Under the pieces are notes generated by a model. It worked only from the letters and a program-made list of their open reading frames with translations, ran no database searches and was not told the origin of the DNA. This document shows positions 47,578-63,916 of a stretch of 64,000 nt of DNA, piece by piece. The stretch is taken from the NCBI GenBank assembly GCA_963789415.1, contig CAWBKQ010000005.1, forward strand, positions 2,232,472-2,296,471. Direction: 5' to 3'. The translations under genes were made by a program, and so were the position numbers. The stretch comes from an uncultured Acidobacteriaceae bacterium (GTDB lineage: Bacteria; Acidobacteriota; Terriglobia; Terriglobales; Acidobacteriaceae). The number at the start of each line of letters is the position of its first letter. Position 1 is the stretch's first letter.

Positions 47578-47889
47578 GTATGCGAAATTCGGAAACGAAT
47601 TTCCCCGCAGGCGGCGGGAACTCGGTAGAGGCGGCGCAACAGGTTTTTCCAACGCACTCCATTCGGAACTTTTCCGGTGTAGTCTTCGCGCGATATCCGT
47701 GAGCGTGAGTCTTGGTTTTCCCTGATTGGCGGAAGCAGTTTGGCTGGGCGAATCGGCTGCGCAGGTAGGCCGAAGCTTTGATCCAAAGAGCCGAAAGCAG
47801 AAGTGTGCTGCCGCGCTTTTCGAGGGCTGGCGTGCCCAGATGAGATTGCCTGCTGGATGAAGCGCAAGGGCTGATCACCCGGCAGTGCT

Positions 47890-47978
47890 GCACAGGTGGG
47901 TGAGTGGTTAAAGCCAACAGACTGTAAATCTGTCCCTCCTAGCGAGGTACGAAGGTTCGAATCCTTCCCTGTGCACCA
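47890..47978 (+). tRNA. tRNA-Tyr (anticodon GTA), long variable arm
   Basis: Acceptor GCACAGG/CCTGTGC, anticodon loop CTGTAAA, variable-arm stem CCTC/GAGG, T-arm GAAGG-TTCGAAT-CCTTC, encoded CCA. Confidence 0.85.
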
Positions 47979-48094
47979 GATTTGAGTCGTGCTGTTAGGT
48001 TGGATGGATTCGTTAGAGGCAAGCTTTGGTGGTGCCGGCGTCGTCGTGGTTGCCACTGGTGAAATCCCGAGCGCTGTTTGCGAGGGACCTGTAA

Positions 48095-48280
48095 ATGAAA
48101 GTCAGTCGTCTAACCGGAGCATTACTTGCATACCTGGCGTTAGCTGTGCTGGCCTTCACAACGCTGAGCGATCAGCGGATTCGGTTGGTAACGCTGCTGA
48201 TTCTGGGATTGTTCGCAGTCAAGACCTGGGTTCGACGCAAAGATGCCCTGCATCCGGACGCTGAAAGCGAGCAGAAGTAG
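48095..48280 (+). CDS. possible 61-aa two-TM membrane protein embedded in the tRNA cluster
   Basis: ATG at 48095 is preceded by GAGGGA with a 7-nt spacer. Two hydrophobic helices and a charged C-terminus. No homology was assessed. Confidence 0.4.
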   Translation: MKVSRLTGALLAYLALAVLAFTTLSDQRIRLVTLLILGLFAVKTWVRRKDALHPDAESEQK

Positions 48281-48327
48281 CTTTACCGCAATTTGTGATT
48301 TGAGCTGTAAGCTGAAAGCTGGTGTTG

Positions 48328-48403
<76 letters not shown>

Positions 48404-48414
48404 ATGGTTCTTGA

Positions 48415-48476
48415 AAGGGCATGGCTTTAGTCATGCTGCTTGGAGTCTGGATGACAGCGGCTTTAGCCGCTGAGGT
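48415..48476 (+). repeat. bipartite double-hairpin repeat, family 2 copy 1
   Basis: The first hairpin is imperfect (GCA(A)TGGC-TTTA-GTCATGC). After an ~18-nt linker comes CAGCGGC-TTTA-GCCGCTG followed by AGG. It lies between tRNA-Thr and tRNA-Gly. Confidence 0.55.
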
Positions 48477-48480
48477 GAGG

Positions 48481-48555
48481 GCGGGAGTAACTCAGTGGTA
48501 GAGTCACAGCCTTCCAAGCTGTTGGTCGCGGGTTCGATTCCCGTCTCCCGCTCCA
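48481..48555 (+). tRNA. tRNA-Gly (anticodon TCC)
   Basis: Acceptor GCGGGAG/CTCCCGC, anticodon loop CTTCCAA, T-loop TTCGATT, encoded CCA. Confidence 0.9.
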
Positions 48556-48589
48556 GAGTCCAAGAATCATCGCTTGGCACTAAGGTGCA

Positions 48590-48937
48590 ATGACAGTGGG
48601 CTTCGAGCAGGCTGCGATCAAAATAGAAAAGCCGCAGGAGTTCGCGAAACTGCAGGCGGCTGTTGGGCAAGCATTTCTGCCGGAGACTGCCGAGCGTTTC
48701 CTGAAGCAACTGGATCGTAAAGGGATTCGCGTAAGGGATTTTGAAGCCGTCCTTTCGGCACGGGCGTTGGAGCAAGCGGTGAACGGAGAGGCGAAGCCAG
48801 ACCTGAGCGCGTGGCAGTTGTATCAGGAGCTTTCGCTCTCCGATCAGGCGCAGATGCGCGAGTTTTACTTGTCGAAGCTGGAAACAGTCGACGTCGCGCT
48901 GCGGCATAAGTTCAAGAAGCTGTATCAATATTACTGA
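48590..48937 (+). CDS. hypothetical 115-aa protein between tRNA-Gly and tuf
   Basis: The ORF has coding-like codon usage and composition. The longer antisense ORF runs through tRNA-Gly and is rejected. The RBS is weak (AAGGTG only 2 nt from the ATG). Confidence 0.5.
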   Translation: MTVGFEQAAIKIEKPQEFAKLQAAVGQAFLPETAERFLKQLDRKGIRVRDFEAVLSARALEQAVNGEAKPDLSAWQLYQELSLSDQAQMREFYLSKLETVDVALRHKFKKLYQYY

Positions 48938-48963
48938 ATTGGGCTAGCTAGCTTCCGTATCAG

Positions 48964-49025
48964 GGTGCGGCTTCAGCCGTGCCGCAAAGCGGAATGAAAT
49001 GATCCGGGGCTTTTAGCCCCTGAGG
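48964..49025 (+). repeat. bipartite double-hairpin repeat, family 2 copy 2
   Basis: GGTGCGGC-TTCA-GCCGTGCC, a ~20-nt linker, then GGGGC-TTTTA-GCCCC followed by TGAGG. It ends 11 nt upstream of the tuf ATG. Confidence 0.6.
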
Positions 49026-49035
49026 AATAAAGGCA

Positions 49036-50223
<1,188 letters not shown>

Positions 50224-50231
50224 CAGTGGAT

Positions 50232-50260
50232 GTGTGGGGCGGGCGCCCTCGCCCGCTTTT
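50232..50260 (+). terminator. family 1 GC-rich hairpin (copy B) with a T-tract; likely tuf terminator or attenuator
   Basis: GTGTGGGGCGGGCGCCCTCGCCCGC. The stem is GCGGGCG/CGCCCGC with loop CCCT, followed by TTTT. It starts 9 nt after the tuf stop. Confidence 0.65.
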
Positions 50261-50290
50261 GCAAAGAAGCATCGATAAAGGCTCGCGGGA

Positions 50291-50308
50291 GAGGGCGCCC
50301 GCTCCACA
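50291..50308 (-). repeat. family 1 partial copy B' (inverted)
   Basis: The reverse complement TGTGGAGCGGGCGCCCTC matches copy B at 17 of 18 positions. It could pair with 50234-50251 to form a long stem. Confidence 0.6.
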
Positions 50309-50327
50309 AGACAATAGGGAGTAAGCA

Positions 50328-50480
50328 ATGCCCCGAGAGATCGTTACCATGCAGTGCGGTGATTGCAAGGAGCGGAATTATTCGACCACCAAGAACCGGA
50401 AGACGACAACCGAGCGGCTGGAGTTCAAGAAATTCTGCCGCCGTTGCCGTAAGCATACGCCGCACAAAGAAGTGAAATAG
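50328..50480 (+). CDS. rpmG: 50S ribosomal protein L33
   Basis: 50-aa ORF, below the ORF-track cutoff: [50 protein letters not shown]. It has the C..C...C..C zinc ribbon and an AGGGAG RBS. Confidence 0.9.
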   Translation: MPREIVTMQCGDCKERNYSTTKNRKTTTERLEFKKFCRRCRKHTPHKEVK

Positions 50481-50551
50481 CACCAGACGGTGGTCACTGA
50501 ACGGTGGACGGGAAAACTGAACACCCGCCGCAGGACACCGATCACTGTTTC

Positions 50552-50627
50552 AGGGGCGTAAGCTCAACGGTTAAACTGCCGGTCTCCAAAACCGGACTTG
50601 GGGGTTCGAATCCCTCCGCCCCTGCCA
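50552..50627 (+). tRNA. tRNA-Trp (anticodon CCA)
   Basis: Acceptor AGGGGCG/CGCCCCT, anticodon arm CCGGT-CTCCAAA-ACCGG, T-loop TTCGAAT, encoded CCA. It sits in the conserved rpmG-tRNA-Trp-secE position. The D-stem has one mismatch. Confidence 0.85.
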
Positions 50628-50660
50628 GATTTTGGACGGATCACGGAGAGTAAGAGCAGT

Positions 50661-50933
50661 ATGGGAGTGGAGACGAAGAAAATGGCGAACTCGCTCGCAG
50701 CCGGCGGAGACAGTTTCGCAGACCGGCTCAAGTCTTGGCCGGAACGCATCAGGGCGTTCTACAACGACGTGCGCACCGAAACCCGCAAAGTCACAGCCCC
50801 TTCGTGGAAAGAAGTGCAGGCCACGACCGCGGTCGTGGTCGTCACAGTATTCATTTTTGGCGTCTACTTTTTCGTGATCGATAACGTTATTCAAAAGGCC
50901 GTCAGCTATCTGTACAGCTCTTTTGGGCATTAG
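50661..50933 (+). CDS. secE: preprotein translocase subunit SecE
   Basis: ATG 50661 follows GGAGAG. Motif E.RKV.WP...E and a single C-terminal TM helix. The ORF-track start at 50598 lies inside the tRNA. Confidence 0.85.
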   Translation: MGVETKKMANSLAAGGDSFADRLKSWPERIRAFYNDVRTETRKVTAPSWKEVQATTAVVVVTVFIFGVYFFVIDNVIQKAVSYLYSSFGH

Positions 50934-50963
50934 CAAGACGCGGTACTGGAGTTCAACTTGATC

Positions 50964-51605
50964 ATGCAGGACGAAGAAAAAAACGAAACGGGCGCAGGCA
51001 CCAGCGTGGATCAGCAAACGACGCCGCCAGTTAGTGCCGACGGCGTTGCTGCCGGCGAAGCTCCCCGCAATCCCAACATGAAGTGGTACATCATCCACTC
51101 GTATTCGGGCTTCGAGCGCAAAGTAAAAGAGTCGCTGGAATCGCGCGTCGCCGCCTTCGGATTACAGGACAAAATCGGCAAAGTCCTGATCCCAACCGAA
51201 TCGGTTACCGAAGTGCGCGGCGGCAAGAAATATACCTCGGAGCGCATGTTCTATCCCGGCTACGTGCTCGTCGAAATGGACATGGACGATCATGTCTGGC
51301 ACGTGGTGAAATCCACGCCGCGCGTCACGGGATTCGTCGGCACGGGCCAGCAGCCCACGCCGCTCTCCGAAGAAGAAGTGCAGCACATTGTCTACAAAGT
51401 TGCTGACAGCCGCGAGAAGCCCAAGCTCAAGGTCAAGTTCGAGAAGAATGAAACCGTGCGCATTTCGGAGGGCCCCTTCGCGACCTTCCAGGGCATCGTC
51501 GACGAAGTGAACGAAGATCGCGAGACGCTGAAAGTGATGGTAACAATTTTTGGCCGCTCCACCCCAGTAGAACTGGAATTTAACCAAGTGGAAAAAGTAG
51601 CGTAG
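50964..51605 (+). CDS. nusG: transcription termination/antitermination factor NusG with an N-terminal extension of about 35 aa
   Basis: [15 protein letters not shown] start and a C-terminal KOW (G.F..F.G.V..V). The acidic/Thr-rich leader precedes the NGN domain. Confidence 0.93.
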   Translation: MQDEEKNETGAGTSVDQQTTPPVSADGVAAGEAPRNPNMKWYIIHSYSGFERKVKESLESRVAAFGLQDKIGKVLIPTESVTEVRGGKKYTSERMFYPGYVLVEMDMDDHVWHVVKSTPRVTGFVGTGQQPTPLSEEEVQHIVYKVADSREKPKLKVKFEKNETVRISEGPFATFQGIVDEVNEDRETLKVMVTIFGRSTPVELEFNQVEKVA

Positions 51606-51607
51606 TT

Positions 51608-51979
51608 ATGGGCAGTTTCAGCGCCAAGTTGCGAGTATGGAATCCGAACTCTCCGGAGAGAACGGAAGAGATTATTGAGGCTATGGTCGATATCGGTGCC
51701 TTCTCTTGGGTTCATCGCGAACGCATCGAGCGTTTAGGGGCGCAGGTGTTGCGGCGCATGGGATTTCGGGCCATCGATGGCTCTATCATAGAACGCGACA
51801 CTGCGGCGGTTTGGGTAGCAAGCAACGGTTTTACGGGCCCCGACACAGTGGTAATTGCCGAACGCAACGATAGGGAAGTAATCGGCGTACACACAATTGA
51901 AGGGCTGGGCCTCGGAGCCGACCCGGTTCAGAAGAAGCTGGTTCCGACGATCGGATTGGCACTTACAGCGAGACTATAA
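51608..51979 (+). CDS. retropepsin-like (clan AA aspartic-protease fold) small protein with DIG instead of DTG
   Basis: 123 aa. The pattern V.NP......E..EAMVDIGAFS.....I..LG....R...F...DG..IE......V......G...V.I........IG..T.EGLGL..DP....L is typical of small bacterial/archaeal retropepsin-like proteins. The ATG begins 2 nt after the nusG stop. Confidence 0.65.
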   Translation: MGSFSAKLRVWNPNSPERTEEIIEAMVDIGAFSWVHRERIERLGAQVLRRMGFRAIDGSIIERDTAAVWVASNGFTGPDTVVIAERNDREVIGVHTIEGLGLGADPVQKKLVPTIGLALTARL

Positions 51980-52018
51980 ACTGAGAGCTAGAAGCGAAGC
52001 TAGGAGCTTAAAGAAGTC

Positions 52019-52450
52019 ATGGCAAAGAAGGTCACAGGTTTTGTAAAGCTACAAATCGCGGCTGGCAAGGCTACGCCAGCGCCGCCGGTAGGTCCCGCAC
52101 TCGGACAGGCGCAGATCAACATCATGGAGTTCTGCAAGCAGTTCAACGCGCGTACTAGCCAGAAAGAGATGGAGGGTCTGATCATCCCGGTTGTCGTCTC
52201 GGTGTACAACGACCGCTCCTTCACCTTTATCACCAAGACGCCTCCGGCGTCGATTCTGCTCAAGCGCGCCGCGGGCATCGCCAAGGGTTCGGGCACACCG
52301 AACAAGGATAAAGTAGGCAAAGTTACGTTGAAGCAGGTCGAGGATATTGCCAAACAAAAGATGCCCGACCTGAACGCCGCTTCGATTGACGCGGCAGTAA
52401 AGAGCGTCCGCGGAACCGCAAGATCGATGGGAATTGAAGTTATTGGGTAA
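52019..52450 (+). CDS. rplK: 50S ribosomal protein L11
   Basis: [19 protein letters not shown] motif. 143 aa. Confidence 0.97.
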   Translation: MAKKVTGFVKLQIAAGKATPAPPVGPALGQAQINIMEFCKQFNARTSQKEMEGLIIPVVVSVYNDRSFTFITKTPPASILLKRAAGIAKGSGTPNKDKVGKVTLKQVEDIAKQKMPDLNAASIDAAVKSVRGTARSMGIEVIG

Positions 52451-52532
52451 TTGGTAATTTTGTAATTGGGTAATTGAAAGTCGAGTCGATCTTGGGATGT
52501 TGAGTTTCCCGATTGCTTAATTTCCCAATTAC
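52446..52532. repeat. AT-rich word-repeat hairpin in the rplK-rplA spacer
   Basis: The left arm repeats GGTAATT four times. GTAATTGGGTAATTGA (52462-52477) pairs with TTAATTTCCCAATTAC (52517-52532) with one mismatch and one G-T. The right arm repeats TTTCCC(G/A)ATT. Confidence 0.6.
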
Positions 52533-52597
52533 TCAGTCGTCATAATCACCACGGCTGATCGCATCATCGGTCATCGGTGGGAGACAAGGAAAAACGA

Positions 52598-53305
52598 ATG
52601 AAAAAAGAAGGAAAGAATATCGCCAAGGCGCACGCCGCAGTCGAGAAGCGTCCGTACTCGCTGCAGGATGCGGTGCCTTTGCTGCAAAAAGTGAAATTTG
52701 CCAAGTTCGACGAGACGGTCGAAATCACCATGCGGCTCGGGGTCGATCCCAAGCACGCCGATCAGATGGTCCGCGGCACAGTCGTCCTGCCGCACGGCCT
52801 GGGCAAATCGAAAAAAGTTTTGGTCATCGCAACGGGTGACAAAGTCCGCGAAGCCGAAGCTGCTGGAGCTGACTACGCTGGTGGCGAAGAGATGGTCGAG
52901 AAGATCACCAAAGAAAACTGGACTGACTTCGACGCTCTGATCGCCACCCCTGACGTGATGAAGTCTGTGGGCCGTCTGGGAAAAATCCTCGGGCCCAAGG
53001 GCCTGATGCCCAATCCGAAAACGGGCACAGTCACTTTCGACGTAGGCAAAGCGGTGCAGGAAGTGAAAGCCGGCAAAGTTGAGTTCCGTACCGACAAAAC
53101 TGCGCTGGTTCACGTGCCAGTGGGCAAGATTTCATTTTCGCCCGACAAGTTGATCGAGAATGCCACGGTACTGATCACCAGCGTGATCAAGGCCAAGCCG
53201 TCGGTCGCCAAGGGCAAGTACATCAAGGGCTGCACGCTGAGCTCGACCATGGGGCCTGGGATTTCGCTGGATACGGCTCCGATCGAGAACGCGGCCAAGG
53301 CCTAA
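52598..53305 (+). CDS. rplA: 50S ribosomal protein L1
   Basis: ATG 52598 follows AAGGAAAAA. FDETVE......LGVDP...DQ.VRG motif. Confidence 0.96.
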   Translation: MKKEGKNIAKAHAAVEKRPYSLQDAVPLLQKVKFAKFDETVEITMRLGVDPKHADQMVRGTVVLPHGLGKSKKVLVIATGDKVREAEAAGADYAGGEEMVEKITKENWTDFDALIATPDVMKSVGRLGKILGPKGLMPNPKTGTVTFDVGKAVQEVKAGKVEFRTDKTALVHVPVGKISFSPDKLIENATVLITSVIKAKPSVAKGKYIKGCTLSSTMGPGISLDTAPIENAAKA

Positions 53306-53313
53306 GCTGAACT

Positions 53314-53340
53314 GGACGGGCGAGGTGCCCGTCGCCACAC
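53314..53340 (-). repeat. family 1 GC-rich hairpin copy C (inverted) in the rplA-rplJ leader
   Basis: The reverse complement GTGTGGCGACGGGCACCTCGCCCGTCC matches copy A at about 25 of 28 positions. It starts 9 nt after the rplA stop. Confidence 0.65.
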
Positions 53341-53388
53341 GAGCCGTTGCTCGCCGCAAGGTACTGAACGACATTCGAGGACTGAATC

Positions 53389-53937
53389 ATGCCAGTTAGC
53401 AGAGCAAAGAAGAAAGAACAAGTTGAGAAGCTGGGCGCCGACCTGAAGAACGTTTCGAGCGCGGTTGTCGCCACCTATAGCAAGCTGACCGTAGCGCAGG
53501 ATTATGAGTTGCGCAAGGCTCTCCGCGGTGCAGGCGCAAAGTACAAGGTCGTGAAGAACACGCTGGCCGAACTCGCCGCGAAGGGCACCAAGGTCGAAGG
53601 CGGCCTGAAGGATCTTTCCGGCGTGACTTCAATCGCCTATACGATGGGCGATCCCGTGGCCATGGCCAAGGCGCTCACCAAGTATGCCAAAGACACGCCG
53701 GAATTTACTTTCAAGATCGGGGTAGTCGAAGGCCGCGTCATCTCGATCAAAGAGATCGAATCGCTGGCCAGCATGCCTTCGAAAGAAGAGTTGATGTCGA
53801 AGCTGCTGTTCCTGATCAACGCCCCGGCGCAACGCTTGGTGACCGTGGCGAGTGCGGTCGGGCGCGATGTTGCCGTGGTGATCGGGCAAGGCGTGGAGAA
53901 GGGCAAGTTCGCCGGCGAAGCACCTGTTGGGGCTTAG
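53389..53937 (+). CDS. rplJ: 50S ribosomal protein L10
   Basis: Typical L10 N-terminus (K...V..L...........Y.GLTV....ELR) and the conserved position before rplL. Confidence 0.95.
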   Translation: MPVSRAKKKEQVEKLGADLKNVSSAVVATYSKLTVAQDYELRKALRGAGAKYKVVKNTLAELAAKGTKVEGGLKDLSGVTSIAYTMGDPVAMAKALTKYAKDTPEFTFKIGVVEGRVISIKEIESLASMPSKEELMSKLLFLINAPAQRLVTVASAVGRDVAVVIGQGVEKGKFAGEAPVGA

Positions 53938-53940
53938 GCA

Positions 53941-53960
53941 GTGTGACGCGGGCTCCTCGC
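53941..53960 (+). repeat. family 1 degenerate half-copy E
   Basis: GTGTGACGCGGGCTCCTCGC begins 4 nt after the rplJ stop. It matches the 5' two-thirds of the family consensus and lacks the 3' arm. Confidence 0.45.
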
Positions 53961-54137
53961 TATAACAAAGTTCGGGGCGGTAAAAGCCGTCCGAAGAGAT
54001 TTGGTTATCGGAGGTCAGGGGTTGCGCGGCTCAGATCCAGGCGTTGTCTGGCGCCGGGAGATGAGCCTGCCGCACTGGAAACCCGGCCAAAGATAACGAA
54101 ATCAGGGAAATTCATAACCTAAAGTGGAGAAATCAAC

Positions 54138-54524
54138 ATGGCGGATCTGCAACAGATAGAGGAATCAATCGTAAGCCTGTCGCTGCTTGAAGCGGCGGAA
54201 CTGGTCAAAAAACTCGAATCGCGTCTCGGCGTATCGGCTGCGGCCGCGGCTCCCGTGATGGTCGCGGGCGGCGGTGGAGCGGCGGCGGCAGGTGCGGCTC
54301 CGGCCGAAGAGAAGACCGAATTCACTGTGGTTCTCAAGGAAGTCGGCGCCAACAAGATCAATGTGATCAAGGCTGTCCGCGAAGTCACCAGCCTGGGCCT
54401 GAAAGAAGCCAAGGAACTGGTCGACGGAGCGCCCAAGAATGTGAAAGAGGGCGTTTCCAAGGAAGAAGCCGAGACTATCAAGAAGAAGTTCACCGAAGCT
54501 GGTGCGGTCGTCGAAGTGAAATAG
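54138..54524 (+). CDS. rplL: 50S ribosomal protein L7/L12
   Basis: Ala-rich hinge and C-terminal KI.VIK.VRE.T.LGLKEAK.LV motif. Confidence 0.96.
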   Translation: MADLQQIEESIVSLSLLEAAELVKKLESRLGVSAAAAAPVMVAGGGGAAAAGAAPAEEKTEFTVVLKEVGANKINVIKAVREVTSLGLKEAKELVDGAPKNVKEGVSKEEAETIKKKFTEAGAVVEVK

Positions 54525-54587
54525 CTGATTCGTGTGGTGTGGAAGCGTGTGACTGGCCCGCTTGCCGGCAGCAGGTATTGCGGCTAC

Positions 54588-54612
54588 GCGGGCGAGGGTG
54601 CCCGCGCCACAC
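54588..54612 (-). repeat. family 1 GC-rich hairpin copy D (inverted) downstream of rplL
   Basis: The reverse complement GTGTGGCGCGGGCACCCTCGCCCGC matches copy B at 23 of 25 positions. The flanking CGTGTGGTGTGG (54531-54542) and CCACACACG (54608-54616) could form an outer stem. Confidence 0.65.
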
Positions 54613-55018
54613 ACGCACCCGAAACGGTGCAAGTCTCGGAAAATATTCAGGTTCCAGTTGTGAAGCCGAAGCGGTGGTGGTAGCATCTAACTTATCACCG
54701 CTTCCTTAGGCCTCACTCAATGGCGGGCGAGACCCGCAGGAAGTATGGGCACTGTTCCGTGGGCAGGCGGAACGGAAACGGCCGAATAGAACTGGCGCGA
54801 AAGATTACAAATTCAAATTGGCGAAATGCCTTGCATGGCGTCTGCGGGATGGCTTGTCCCTGCAGTCGCCCACTCGTGTTTTCCGGCTCTTATATTCGTT
54901 CTCTTAATTTTCAACCAGGTTACAGCAGCAGCTAAGCAGCGCGGCGCGATCTGCGCCCCACATTCCGCGGGTTTGACGCAGCGCACGGCTGCGCCTGATT
55001 TAATTGGAGTTCTTAACA

Positions 55019-59482
<4,464 letters not shown>

Positions 59483-59499
59483 GAGCAGGTTTTGGGAAA

Positions 59500-59519
59500 G
59501 GCACGGCTTCAGCCGTGCC
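59500..59519 (+). repeat. family 2 first-hairpin copy 3 downstream of rpoB
   Basis: Perfect GGCACGGC-TTCA-GCCGTGCC, 18 nt after the rpoB stop and preceded by GGGAAAG. Copy 1 is similarly preceded by TGAAAGG. Confidence 0.6.
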
Positions 59520-59673
59520 GCCCAGAGCGCTGAAGAATTTATAAGTTAGGGTTATTCGCAATTATCAAATAACGTTTCGCGGGGAAAGAGCTCTCGACCA
59601 CCGCGGAACAGAAAACTGGCAAGGCCGCTGAACATCGGCCAGGGCCGCTGAGAGCAGGAAGCGGAGGAACACC

Positions 59674-63861
<4,188 letters not shown>

Positions 63862-63880
63862 CCAAACTAGCTGTAATATC

Positions 63881-63916
63881 TCGGGGGCGAAGCAATTCGC
63901 CCCCGATTGTTTGTTT
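63881..63916 (+). terminator. strong rho-independent terminator after rpoC
   Basis: 11-bp stem TCGGGGGCGAA/TTCGCCCCCGA with loop GCAA, followed by TTGTTTGTTT. Confidence 0.75.

Noticed and set aside
48431-48928. 165-aa minus-strand ORF. Also the 47475-47702, 47374-47652, 47540-47917 and 47556-48056 ORFs.
   Set aside because: All of them run through tRNA genes and therefore cannot be independent coding sequences.
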